From: Verrucomicrobiota bacterium
GTDB lineage: Bacteria; Verrucomicrobiota; Verrucomicrobiia; Limisphaerales; SXQI01
Assembly: GCA_033762115.1 (NCBI GenBank)
Contig: JANRLX010000019.1
Span: 14,375-78,374 of the forward strand
Direction of reading: 5' to 3'
DNA length: 64,000 nucleotides
Shown piece by piece: positions 9,533-20,200 of this stretch (positions within the stretch are counted from its first letter, which is position 1; every line of letters starts with the position of its first letter). The notes below the pieces were generated by a model, which was given only the letters and a program-made list of their open reading frames with translations, was not told where the DNA came from and searched no databases. The position numbers and the translations under genes are program-made.

Positions 9533-10372
9533 ATGCCAAGCCTGTTAAGCCAACAACCTGCCCGAAGCAGGGACGAAAAGGATTTTCAGTATATTATTGA
9601 CCTGGTGTATCAACGTTCCCGGATAAGGCTCCACGATGGGAAGAAACCGTTGATCATGGCGCGCCTGGGAAAACGGATCAGGCATCATAAAATGGATTCG
9701 CTGGGAGAATATTGCCGATTTCTTCAGACCTCAGGGGAGGAGGAGATCACGCATGCAATCGATGCCCTGACAACCAATTTTACGCAATTCCTGAGGGAGG
9801 AGAAACATTTCAAGTTTTTGATTGAAACCGCATTGCCGGAGTTGTTGAAAGGCGGGCGAAAAAAATTTCATCTCTGGAGCGCCGCCTGTGCCACCGGGGA
9901 GGAGCCGTACAGCATGGCGCTGTACCTGGCGCATTATTTTCCGCTCGAGCAGGGTTGGGACTGGCGAATCACAGCGACGGACATCTCGACCAAAGCTCTG
10001 GCAACCGCGAAGGAGGGAATCTATCCCGAGGAGCGGCTCCGGCAGGTGCCGACGGAATGGGTGCGAAAAAATTTCCAGAAGGGACAAAAAAGTTTCGAAG
10101 GATTATGCCGGGTGAAAAAGGGTTTGCGGGAAAGAATCCATTTTTCACAGGTGAACCTGCTGGGGGATTACCATTTCAAGGAGCAGTACGAAGTGATCTT
10201 TTGCCGAAACGTGATGATCTATTTCGACCGCTCGACACAGGTGCAACTGGTGAGGCGACTTTCGAATTTTCTGGCGCCCAAAGGATATCTTGTCGTGGGG
10301 CATTCAGAAAGCCTGACCGGCCTGAACATTCCATTTCAGACGGTCAAACCAAGCATTTACCAAAAACCGTAA
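9533..10372 (+). CDS. cheR: Chemotaxis protein methyltransferase
   Basis: LTTNFT.F.RE, WSAACATGEEPYSMA, ATDIS, IFCRNVMIYF, GHSESL. Confidence 0.95.
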   Translation: MPSLLSQQPARSRDEKDFQYIIDLVYQRSRIRLHDGKKPLIMARLGKRIRHHKMDSLGEYCRFLQTSGEEEITHAIDALTTNFTQFLREEKHFKFLIETALPELLKGGRKKFHLWSAACATGEEPYSMALYLAHYFPLEQGWDWRITATDISTKALATAKEGIYPEERLRQVPTEWVRKNFQKGQKSFEGLCRVKKGLRERIHFSQVNLLGDYHFKEQYEVIFCRNVMIYFDRSTQVQLVRRLSNFLAPKGYLVVGHSESLTGLNIPFQTVKPSIYQKP

Positions 10373-10374
10373 CT

Positions 10375-10887
10375 ATGAGTTTCTCAAACAAGAGCGGTTT
10401 TGAAAATCGAGTGGTGATCGGGCTGGCGGAGTTCACAGCGACGAAACGGCTGGATGTGGTGCTGGCCACGTATTCACTCGGTTCCTGCCTCGGGGTGGCG
10501 ATTTATGATCCAGTGGCTCGAGTGGGAGGTTTGTTGCATGCGATGTTGCCGGACAGCAACCTCGATCCTGTGAAGGCTGCGCGACAGCCGGGAATGTTCC
10601 TGGACACAGGGCTTGAGGGGTTGTTGGCCGCCGCGGTGAAGCTGGGAGCGAGTCCGATGCGTTTGCAGGTGTATATCGCTGGCGGTGCGCAGATCATGGA
10701 CAATTCCGGTTTTTTCAGCATTGGGAAACGGAATTACTCCGCGTGTCAGGAACTGCTGCCGAAACTTGGGCTGACGGTCAAGGCGGAGCATGTGGGAGGG
10801 CTGGTGAATCGGACCATGTATTTGCAGATGTTTTCGGGTGAAGTTTTTCTCAAGGTTTCAGGCCAATCAAAGGAGTCCTCGTTATGA
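10375..10887 (+). CDS. cheD: Chemoreceptor glutamine deamidase
   Basis: TYSLGSCLGVAIYD, GGLLHAMLP, IAGGA, IGKRN, HVGG..RT; ATG at 10375 inside the longer track ORF. Confidence 0.92.
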   Translation: MSFSNKSGFENRVVIGLAEFTATKRLDVVLATYSLGSCLGVAIYDPVARVGGLLHAMLPDSNLDPVKAARQPGMFLDTGLEGLLAAAVKLGASPMRLQVYIAGGAQIMDNSGFFSIGKRNYSACQELLPKLGLTVKAEHVGGLVNRTMYLQMFSGEVFLKVSGQSKESSL

Positions 10888-11732
10888 AAGAACTGGATGA
10901 TTACATCAATAAGGTTCAGCACCTGCCGCCTGCGCCAAAAGTGTTGCCGGAATTGATGTCGCTGTTGGGCAAGGAGGATGTGGACAGCAGCCGGGTGGTG
11001 GATCTGATTACATACGATCCTTCCCTGACAGCGAGTGTGATCCAGCTTTGCAACAGCGCCTATTTTGGTGCGGCGACCCCGGCGACGGATTTGCAGGAAG
11101 CGATCACCCGGCTGGGATTCCAGCAGATTTTCCGGATGGTGGCGGCGGTGACAGCTTCGCGTTTAATGAAGCCGAAAACCAAGGGGTACGGCATTCATGA
11201 AGGGGAATTGTGGAAGCACTCGGTAACGGCAGCAGTGGCGGCGCAATTAATGGCCCGTGAACTGGGTGATGACGAGAATGAAGTGTTTACAGCTGCGTTG
11301 CTGCATGACATCGGCAAGATCATCCTCGCGCAGGGGCTGGAGAATATTTACACGGCGCTGATTGAGGAGATTGAAAAAAACCAGCAGGCATTGATTGAGG
11401 CGGAGAAGAAATTGCTGGGGGTGCAGCATGCGGAAATCGGAGGCCGCCTGCTGGCGCGTTGGAAATTTCCATCAAACATGGTGGCTGCGATCTGGTTTCA
11501 TCATCAACCTTCCATGGCAGCACCTCATGAGCGGCTGGCGAGTTACATTTATCTAGGCAACATGGTGGCCTATTTTATCGGGCATGGTTTCGGGCATCAG
11601 GCATTTGCGCTCCGAGGGCGTAGCGAGGCGTTGGAGGTGCTGGAATTGACCGGGGATCACCTCCCACATTTCATGATTCAGACTTATGAAAATTATGAAG
11701 CGGTCGAAGCGCTCTTTCATCTGGGCAAATGA
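10884..11732 (+). CDS. HDOD domain protein
   Basis: LPPAP, DPSLTA.VIQLCNSAYFG, AITRLG, LWKHS, LLHDIGK, HAEIG..L..W.FP. Confidence 0.92.
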   Translation: MKELDDYINKVQHLPPAPKVLPELMSLLGKEDVDSSRVVDLITYDPSLTASVIQLCNSAYFGAATPATDLQEAITRLGFQQIFRMVAAVTASRLMKPKTKGYGIHEGELWKHSVTAAVAAQLMARELGDDENEVFTAALLHDIGKIILAQGLENIYTALIEEIEKNQQALIEAEKKLLGVQHAEIGGRLLARWKFPSNMVAAIWFHHQPSMAAPHERLASYIYLGNMVAYFIGHGFGHQAFALRGRSEALEVLELTGDHLPHFMIQTYENYEAVEALFHLGK

Positions 11733-12808
11733 AACCGCCCCGTTTGATTCGAACATTGGTGGTGGATGATTCAGCGCTGGCGCGAAAGATGATTACGGAC
11801 AGCCTGGCGAACCGGCCGGGAATCGAGATTGTCGGGACAGCGGTTGATCCGTATGTGGCGAGGGACAAAATCCTGGCCTTGAAACCGGACGTGATCACGC
11901 TGGATATCGAAATGCCAAGGATGGATGGAATCACGTTCCTGAAGATTTTGATGAAGCATAAGCCGCTACCGGTGATCGTCATGAGTTCGTTGACGCCGGA
12001 AGGTTCGGACCGGGCTTTGGAAGCTTTGGAGGCAGGAGCGGTGGATGTGATGCACAAGCCGCGGGGGTCTTTTTCAGCCTCTGCTGATGGAACCGTTCTT
12101 GCGGAAAAAATCGTTGCCGCAGCAATGTCACGACCGCGTTGGATTGCTGAAAATTTAGTCGGTAACAATGGAATCGGTGCGTCACGCAACGCAGGTATTT
12201 CTCCAGGGAATCCGCGGGACCTGATCCTGATTGGTGCAAGCACCGGAGGAACGGAAGCATTGAAGGAAGTGTTGATGCAACTTCCGGCGACTCTGCCCGG
12301 CATCTGTATTGTTCAGCATATTCCCGCCCATTTTTCAAAGGCGTTTGCCAATAGACTTAACCAGCTTTCCGCATTGGAAGTGAAAGAGGCGCGTTCAGGA
12401 GAGGAAGTCACGCGCGGGAAGGTGCTGATTGCGCCGGGTGGCCAGCACATGGTGTTGCGCTGGACGGGGAGCAATCATGTGGTGCAGTTGAACGAAGGGC
12501 CGACTGTGCATCACCAGCGTCCGGCAGTGGATGTGATGTTTGATTCTGCGGTCAGGGCAGGATCGGGGCCACATACCCTGGCAATTTTGCTGACGGGAAT
12601 GGGGATCGATGGTGCGGCGGGGATGCTGGCCTTGCGCAAGGCGGGGGCGAGCACCGTTGCTCAAAATGAAGCGACCTGCGTGGTGTTCGGAATGCCGAAA
12701 GAGGCGATCAGAATCGGCGCAGCCCGGCATGTAGCGCCGTTGCATCAAATCCCACAGTTGATGATAAACCACGCGCGGAGTGGAATGGCAGCGGCTGCCG
12801 CCGCGTAA
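11729..12808 (+). CDS. cheB: Chemotaxis response regulator methylesterase
   Basis: REC domain (VVDDS, TLDIEMP) plus IGASTGG, IVQHIP, RPAVDV, LTGMG.DG. Confidence 0.96.
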   Translation: MKPPRLIRTLVVDDSALARKMITDSLANRPGIEIVGTAVDPYVARDKILALKPDVITLDIEMPRMDGITFLKILMKHKPLPVIVMSSLTPEGSDRALEALEAGAVDVMHKPRGSFSASADGTVLAEKIVAAAMSRPRWIAENLVGNNGIGASRNAGISPGNPRDLILIGASTGGTEALKEVLMQLPATLPGICIVQHIPAHFSKAFANRLNQLSALEVKEARSGEEVTRGKVLIAPGGQHMVLRWTGSNHVVQLNEGPTVHHQRPAVDVMFDSAVRAGSGPHTLAILLTGMGIDGAAGMLALRKAGASTVAQNEATCVVFGMPKEAIRIGAARHVAPLHQIPQLMINHARSGMAAAAAA

Positions 12809-12868
12809 AGAGGCACGATTTTTTTCTGGTTTGTAGCGTGGCGGCACGTATCTTCCCGGCACAGTTTT

Positions 12869-14083
12869 ATGGCCACGATCAAACCGTTTCCCGCGTTGAA
12901 GCCCCGTCCTGAACTGGCAGCGAAGATTTGCGAACTGCCTTACGATGTCATGTCCAGCGAGGAGGCCCGGCGAATGGCAGAGGGAAACCCCTTGAGTTTT
13001 CTGCTTGTGAGCAAGCCGGAGATTGACCTGCCCGCCACAACGGATATTTACGATCGGGCAGTTTATGCAAAGGGGGTTGAGAATTTTCAGAAACTGATCT
13101 CGAACGGAGCGTTGCAGCAGGACAGCGCACCCCATTTTTATTTATATCGGCAGATCATGGGGGCTCATGCACAGATCGGCCTGGTGGCAGCCGCAAGTTG
13201 CGAGGATTACCTTGCGGGGACGATCAAGAAGCATGAGTTAACCCGTCCGGACAAAGAGGATGATCGTGTCCGGCATATTGAGTCGTTGAATGCCCAGACC
13301 GGTCCGGTGTTCCTGACCTACCGTGCGGAAGTGGCGCTGGACAGCCTGTTTCAAAAAATCATCCAGGGAATGCCGGAGGTGGATTTCACCGCAAGTGACG
13401 GGGTGCGGCATAGTTCCTGGACCATCGCGGATCGTGAGTTGATTTCCACTATTGAAGAAGCTTTCAGGCGAATCCCGTTTCTTTACATTGCGGATGGGCA
13501 TCACCGGAGCGCGGCAGCAGGAAGGGTTTACCAGGCGCGCAAGGGGGCTGGGAACAGCGGCGCGTTTTTGGCGGTGATTTTTCCGCACAACCAGATGCAG
13601 ATCCTTCCCTATAACCGGGTGTTGAAGGATTTAAACGGGTTGAACGCAGCGAAGCTGATGGAGAAACTGGATGCAGTGTTTGTTGTCAAGGAGCCTGGGA
13701 TCGCAAAGCCTGCGCGAAAACATGAATTGGGATTTTATTTAGAGGGAAAATGGCGGAGCTTGTTCTTCCGCCCGCAGTTTGCCAGCGCCAATGATCCGAT
13801 CGAGAAGCTGGATGTGACGTTGTTGCAGAAATATGTGCTGGACCCGGTTTTCGGGATTGAAGATCCGCGCACGAGCAAACGAATCAATTTCGTGGGAGGG
13901 ATTCGGGGGACGGGAGAATTGGAAAAGCTGGTCAATTCAGGGGAGTATGCGTGTGCGTTTTCCATGTTCCCAACGAGCATCGAGGATTTGATGAGCATTG
14001 CGGATGCAGGAGGGATCATGCCGCCAAAAAGCACCTGGTTCGAGCCGAAGCTTCGCGATGCGATGTTCTCGCATTTGATATAG
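12869..14083 (+). CDS. DUF1015 family protein
   Basis: PYDVM, IKKHELT, YIADGHHRSAAA, MPPKSTWFEPK. Confidence 0.88.
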   Translation: MATIKPFPALKPRPELAAKICELPYDVMSSEEARRMAEGNPLSFLLVSKPEIDLPATTDIYDRAVYAKGVENFQKLISNGALQQDSAPHFYLYRQIMGAHAQIGLVAAASCEDYLAGTIKKHELTRPDKEDDRVRHIESLNAQTGPVFLTYRAEVALDSLFQKIIQGMPEVDFTASDGVRHSSWTIADRELISTIEEAFRRIPFLYIADGHHRSAAAGRVYQARKGAGNSGAFLAVIFPHNQMQILPYNRVLKDLNGLNAAKLMEKLDAVFVVKEPGIAKPARKHELGFYLEGKWRSLFFRPQFASANDPIEKLDVTLLQKYVLDPVFGIEDPRTSKRINFVGGIRGTGELEKLVNSGEYACAFSMFPTSIEDLMSIADAGGIMPPKSTWFEPKLRDAMFSHLI

Positions 14084-14099
14084 AATACGACAATTTTCC

Positions 14100-16019
14100 T
14101 TACTGGGTCCTGCCGAATTTTTTTTCGAGTTCGCGATAATTCATTTCGATCAGCGTGGGACGCCCATGTGGGCAGGTATAAGGCATGGCGCAGGCGCGAA
14201 GATCATGAACGAGATTTTCGAGTTCTGGAACGCTGAGAAGGTCATTGGCCTTGACCGCATGGCGGCAGACGGTTTTTGCAATGGTATGTTCTCCCATGCG
14301 CCAAGAATTGATTTCCTGCCCGGCAATTTTCAATGAATCAATCACATCCAGGACAAATTTTTTTGCGTCGGTGGTTTTGACGAAGGGAGGAAGCGCATCG
14401 AGGAGAAACGTGCGTTCTCCAAATTCGCTGATCCCCAAACCGACACGAACGAGATGGGGAAGTTGTTCGCGGAGAAACTGGGCATCACGAGAGGACAGTT
14501 CAAGCGTTTCCGGAAGCAGGAGGCGTTGGGCTGGAACGTTCCCCTGCTCCAGTCGGGAGAGCATTTGTTCGAAGAGGATCCGCTCATGAGCGGCATGTTG
14601 ATCGAGAAGGACGAGGCCACGGTCAGATTCCAGGAGAACGTAGAGCTTGCCAATGACCCCGACCAATCGGAGCGGCACCTGGAGGAGCGGCACCGGTTTT
14701 TCCTCAGGGAACTGCGCGGGAAGGGGTGATGGTGGAGGCGATGGCATGGCCGCGGGAAGTGCGGGCATTGCAGGACGCGGCTCACGCTCGGGCCAGCGGA
14801 TCGGTTGCTGAGGCAGAACAGGTGGAGGAGCGGGAGTAAATTTTTGCAGGCCGGGAAGTTCCACCGCGTGTGCGAGGGTCGCAGGTGGTGGGTCGGTTTC
14901 CAGTGTTAAGGACGGGGGAGGGACTGTTGCGATTCTTGGAGAATTGGTTGTATGAAAATTGAGCAGCGTTTCGCGGATTGCATCAGTCAAAGCACGGCGG
15001 ACTGCCTGTTCCTGGCGGAATTTGACCTCACGTTTTGCAGGGTGAATATTCACATCCACAGTGGCGGGGTCGACTTCCAGGAAAAGACAGCATACAGGGA
15101 AACGCCCTTTCATCAACGAGGTGTGGTATCCCTCAATCAGCGCGAAATTGAGCGGCCGACTTTCGATGGGGCGCTTATTCACAAACAGATGCTGATCTTC
15201 CCTCGTGGAACGGGAAACACCCGGTGCGCCAATAAATCCCCAAACGCGAAACGGTTCCGGTTCACTTTCCTGTTCGCTGGATTCAATGCCGCGGAAGATC
15301 GGGAGCTCTGCGGAAAAATCGACGGGAAGCAGTTTGAGATCGCCTGGATACACAGCACGGATTCGCTCCCGCAACGCGGCAAGGTCACGCTCCCTGGATG
15401 CCTGGGGAACAGCCGGAAATTTCCAAACCAATCGGCCATCCTGAAGAAAGGTAAATCCGATTTCCGGATGGGCGAGGGCGACGAGAGTCAGATAATGCTG
15501 AATATGGGCGCGTTCAGTTTCCTCGCTCCGGAGAAATTTTCTTCGTGCGGGAAGATTGTAAAAGATCTGGCGGACCTCAATACTGGTTCCGGGAGCGGAG
15601 CCAGCGGCTTTGACTTCAAGGATTTTTCCTCCGTTGATAACGACCTGGGTGCCTTCCTCAGAAACGGAGTCGCGCTCCCTGGTGGTGAGTGAAAGGCGGC
15701 TGATGCTTGCAATACTGGGCATCGCTTCGCCACGGAACCCCATGGTCCGGATGGAGGCCAGGTCATGGGCGGATTGGATTTTGCTTGTGGCGTGGCGTTC
15801 GAAGCAGAGCAGTGCATCATCACGACTCATTCCCACGCCGTCATCGGTCACGCGGACGAGGCTTCGACCACCTGCATGGATTTCGACAATAATATTGGTC
15901 GCCTGAGCATCAACCGCGTTTTCGACAAGTTCCTTGACGACACTTGCCGGGCGTTCGATCACTTCCCCTGCGGCAATCTGATTGGCAACCTGCTCCGGGA
16001 GAAGGCGAATGCGATTCAT
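14100..16019 (-). CDS. mutL: DNA mismatch repair endonuclease MutL
   Basis: NQIAAGEVIERPASVVKELVEN, GFRGEA, DQHAAHER and CPHGRP motifs. Confidence 0.97.
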   Translation of the reverse strand: MNRIRLLPEQVANQIAAGEVIERPASVVKELVENAVDAQATNIIVEIHAGGRSLVRVTDDGVGMSRDDALLCFERHATSKIQSAHDLASIRTMGFRGEAMPSIASISRLSLTTRERDSVSEEGTQVVINGGKILEVKAAGSAPGTSIEVRQIFYNLPARRKFLRSEETERAHIQHYLTLVALAHPEIGFTFLQDGRLVWKFPAVPQASRERDLAALRERIRAVYPGDLKLLPVDFSAELPIFRGIESSEQESEPEPFRVWGFIGAPGVSRSTREDQHLFVNKRPIESRPLNFALIEGYHTSLMKGRFPVCCLFLEVDPATVDVNIHPAKREVKFRQEQAVRRALTDAIRETLLNFHTTNSPRIATVPPPSLTLETDPPPATLAHAVELPGLQKFTPAPPPVLPQQPIRWPEREPRPAMPALPAAMPSPPPSPLPAQFPEEKPVPLLQVPLRLVGVIGKLYVLLESDRGLVLLDQHAAHERILFEQMLSRLEQGNVPAQRLLLPETLELSSRDAQFLREQLPHLVRVGLGISEFGERTFLLDALPPFVKTTDAKKFVLDVIDSLKIAGQEINSWRMGEHTIAKTVCRHAVKANDLLSVPELENLVHDLRACAMPYTCPHGRPTLIEMNYRELEKKFGRTQ

Positions 16020-16044
16020 GTGAAAACGTTCCTGGCAACCCTGC

Positions 16045-17145
16045 TTATTGCTTCAAAGGAAGGGTAAAGCTGAAAACCGCGCCACGGCCGGGATAGCTGT
16101 GGGCCTGGATTGTTCCCCGGTGGTCATGGATGATTTTTTTGCAAATGGAAAGTCCAAGGCCGGTGCCTTGCGCTTTGCCGTAAGTTGCGAACGCTTCGAA
16201 AAGGCGTCCTTTGATTTCCGGGGCGAACCCCTTCCCGGTGTCCTCGATGAAGGTGGTGACGTACTCGGGGCCGACCTCGAAATTCATGAAAATCGTGCCT
16301 CCTTCAGGCATGGCATCGACTGCATTATGGATCAGGTTGTAAAAAACATGAACGAGACGATGTGTATCGATCAGCACATCAACATCCGGCAACTCATTTT
16401 GAAAGATGATTTCGACCTTCTTTTCCGCAACTTCCGCGCGGAGGTCCTCAATAATCTGGTTCACATAATGACAGTAGTTGCTTTGGGCGAGGACGCTGGA
16501 AGTTTGTGAGCCGCGAGTGAATTCGAGTAATTCGTTGATCATATTGCCAAGGCGATCCACCTGTTTGCGGATGCGTTCAGCGGCGTTCTTCCGCATTTGG
16601 GGAGTGGCGGAGTCCATCCCGGCCATTTCTGCGGAGAGACCGATCACGTTGAGAGGGTTTTTAAAATCGTGAACAATGCTGCGCGCGAATCGGCCAACCA
16701 GGGTCAGCCGTTCTGCCTGGAGGACTTCCTCGATATATTGCCGGTTGGTGTCTCGAATACGGGCGCTGATTTCGCGCATCAGGCTGACAGCCAGGCGAGG
16801 GGCGTGGTCGAGTAAATTAAGGAGAACGTCGCGCGGAATGAAGTGCACGCGTGTGGCTGTTTCGGCGGTGGCGGTGGCGGAGCGGGGTGCGCCATCGAGC
16901 AGGGCCATTTCGCCAAAGAAATCGCCCGGATTATTTCGAGTAAGAACGCGCCGTTCATTATTTCCAAGCAGGGCGGAAATTTGCACCGTTCCGCTGGCCA
17001 CGACATACAATCCATCACCCGCGTCTCCCTCCTTGAAAAGCACTTCCCCGGGGGCAAAGTTTTTTTCCTGGGCCTCCCGTTTAAGAGAAGCCAGGTCAAC
17101 GGCTGAGAGACTGGCAAAAAGTTTACTGGCCTCAATTTGGACCAT
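16045..17145 (-). CDS. Cyclic-nucleotide-binding sensor histidine kinase
   Basis: cNMP domain (FGEMALLDGAPRSATA), HisKA (VHDFKNPL) and HATPase (NAVDA, DTGKG, GTGLGL). Confidence 0.9.
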   Translation of the reverse strand: MVQIEASKLFASLSAVDLASLKREAQEKNFAPGEVLFKEGDAGDGLYVVASGTVQISALLGNNERRVLTRNNPGDFFGEMALLDGAPRSATATAETATRVHFIPRDVLLNLLDHAPRLAVSLMREISARIRDTNRQYIEEVLQAERLTLVGRFARSIVHDFKNPLNVIGLSAEMAGMDSATPQMRKNAAERIRKQVDRLGNMINELLEFTRGSQTSSVLAQSNYCHYVNQIIEDLRAEVAEKKVEIIFQNELPDVDVLIDTHRLVHVFYNLIHNAVDAMPEGGTIFMNFEVGPEYVTTFIEDTGKGFAPEIKGRLFEAFATYGKAQGTGLGLSICKKIIHDHRGTIQAHSYPGRGAVFSFTLPLKQ

Positions 17146-17238
17146 CAGGCTTTCAATTTAGGTCAAACAGGGAACGGGTAAAGAACAGACTGAGTGTGAA
17201 GTGGAGGGCGGAGACTTTGCCGGAGGAGGAAATCAGGT

Positions 17239-17266
17239 TAAAGTGAACTGTTGGGATGGCCGATGA
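17239..17266 (+). promoter_or_regulatory. Sigma-28-type promoter upstream of the CHASE-LOV kinase
   Basis: TAAA-N16-GCCGATGA, 27 nt before ATG 17293. Confidence 0.55.
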
Positions 17267-17292
17267 TTCAGATGTAAGGAAAAACCAATTCA

Positions 17293-20200
17293 ATGGATCT
17301 GAGTTCCACTCGAGACGAGGCCTTTGCGGCCAGACTTCCTCGTGCCATGGCACGACCGTCCTCCCTCGCATGGGTGGTTCTCTCGTTGTGTCTGCTGCTG
17401 ACTCTGGTAGCCTGGCGGACTTCTCTTGATGCGCTGACAGCCAGCGATGAAATGAGATTTCAGGCGGTGGTCCAGAAGCTCAGGACCGTTTTGCAGGACA
17501 GGATGTCGGATTATCAGCAGGTATTGCGAGGTTGCGAGGGGTTGTTCGCGGGAAGTGAATCGGTCAGCCGGTCGGAATTTTCCAATTTTGTAAAACGCCT
17601 GAGAGTTGAAGAACGATACCCGGGAATCCAGGGATTGCAATTCAACCAGTTCGTAGAGCAAAAAAAACTTTCTTCATTTCTCGAGGAAGCAAAGCAGGAT
17701 GGACATCCAGATTTTAACTATTTTCCCCCTGGAATTCGATCAAACTATTTCATCATCAAATATATCGAACCGGAGGGTCTCAATTCCATGGCAATTGGAT
17801 ATGACTCAGGAAGCGAAGAGCACAGGCGGGCCGCTGCGGAGCGGGCGCGGGACAGCGGGGAACCAACCCTGACAGGGAAATTGACTTTGATTCAATCCCC
17901 GCAAAATCAGCCTGGGTTTATATTGATGGTGCCTGTTTATAAACAGGGTTTGCCTGTTCACGATGTGGCGGCACGGCGCAAGGCGCTGCTCGGATGGGTG
18001 ATGGGGGTTTTTCGCGCGGGGGTATTGATGAAGTCTGTTTCCGAAGAGGTCAGTAGTTTATTGAGTGTTGAGCTCTACGACGATCCCAGGATGGGTGTCG
18101 ATTCACTGCTTTACGATGACGATTCAATCCTGCAGTCGCAACTTCCGCTGAATGATTATTCGCTCAGAAAAACGACCCGCATTCCAATTGGAGGTCGTGA
18201 GTGGACTTTGCATTGTGTGGCGAAGCCGGCATTCATGGCAGCGGTGGACCGGAGTCAGCCCAATCTGGTTTTGGCCGGAGGAATCCTGGGGAGTTTTTTA
18301 ATTTTCAGTGTGATTTACGCATTGAGCCGGACGCGGGAGGATGCATTACGCCTCGCGATGCAGATGACGGGCAAGTTGAGACTTTACGAGAGCGCGATCA
18401 AATCGACCAGCAACGGCATATTGATCACCGATGCGCGGCAGCCGGATAATCCGATTATTTATGTGAATCCTGCGTTTGAAAAAATGACAGGCTATTCGCA
18501 GGAGGAAGTGATGGGGCGGAATTGCCGGTTTTTGCAGGGGGAGGATCGTGACCAGGAGGGATTGAAGGAAATCCGCAATGCGCTGCATGAAAAAAGGGAG
18601 GCGCGGGCGGTGCTGAGAAACTACCGCAAGGATGGCACCCTTTTCCATAATGAACTCACTATTTCACCAGTCCATGACAAGCTGGGAATGCTGGCCTATT
18701 TCATTGGGGTAACAGTGGATGTGACTGAGAGGAAACAATTCGAGCGAAGCCTGGCGGAAGCGCGGGACGCCGCATTGACTTCCGCGCGGTCCAAGGCGGA
18801 ATTCCTTGCGAACATGAGCCATGAGATTCGCACGCCAATGAACGGGATCATCGGGATGACGAGCCTCTTGCTTGACACGGATTTGAATCCCCAGCAGCGG
18901 GATTTTGGAAACACCATTCGGAACAGCGCTGATTCGTTGCTGACTTTGATGAATGATATCCTGGATTTTTCAAAGATTGAAGCTGGCAAGCTGGAGCTGG
19001 AAATCCTGGACTTCGATTTGTTGGAGGCTGTGGAATCTTCGCTTGAATTGCTCGCGCCGCGAGCCCATGCCAAGGGGCTTGAACTGGCCAGCCTGGTGCA
19101 GGGGGGGACTCCACAAACGGTTACTGGGGATGTAGGCCGGATCAGGCAGGTATTAATCAATTTATTGAGCAATGCAGTGAAATTCACTGAGGATGGAGAA
19201 GTGGTGGTGCGGGTGCGGCATGAGGCTTTGGAAGGAGCAAAAGTCCGTTTGCATTTTGAAGTGAGCGACACAGGCATTGGAATTCCTGAATCTGCCCAGG
19301 CGCGCTTGTTCAAGGTATTTTCTCAGGCGGATGGTTCGACAACGCGAAAATATGGAGGCACCGGGCTGGGGTTGGCGATCTGCAGGCAACTGGTCGAATT
19401 AATGGGAGGAGAGATTGGGGTCCGCAGCCAGCATGGGAAAGGCTCCACTTTCTGGTTTTATGTGCAGGTGGAGGCAAAAGCGGCTCATTCCTCGACCCTC
19501 ACGCCCAACCTGGACCTGGCAGGATTAAAGGTGCTGGTCGTGGATGATAATCAAACCAACCGGCTGATTCTCCAGCATCAACTTTCCACATTCCACTTAT
19601 CGCCTGTGCTGGTGGCCAATGCCGTGGAGGCGACAGAAGCGCTCTTCCACAAGGAGAGTGACATCCATGCAGTGATCCTTGACATGCAAATGCCCGAAAT
19701 CAACGGCATCGAACTCGCGAAGCTGATCCACCAGAATTCTGCCACGGCAGAAGTCCCGATCCTCATGTTGACTTCGCTTGGCCAGCAATTTTCAGCAAAG
19801 GAATTGAAGGAAGCTGGAATTGTGTCTTGCCTGTCCAAGCCAGTTAAACAATCCCGACTTTTGTCCGCCCTGAAGAAAGCCATCAAAGGAGAGGTGGAAA
19901 CGGGTGATCACCAGGGCCGATCTTCCATGGAAGCAGCGCCCGATTATCGATTTGGGCAATTGCGTATTCTTTTGGCGGAGGACAATAGCGTGAACCAGCG
20001 GATTGCGATTGGCCTTTTGGCAAAGCTTGGGTGCAGCGCGGACGCTGTGGGAAACGGACTTGAAGCAATTGAGGCATTGCGACGCATTCCTTATGACGTG
20101 GTTTTCATGGATTGCCAGATGCCGGAGATGGATGGACTGGAGGCTTCGCGGGAAATTCGCAAACGGGAAACGAACAGTTCACTTGCCCCGAGGACTGCGC

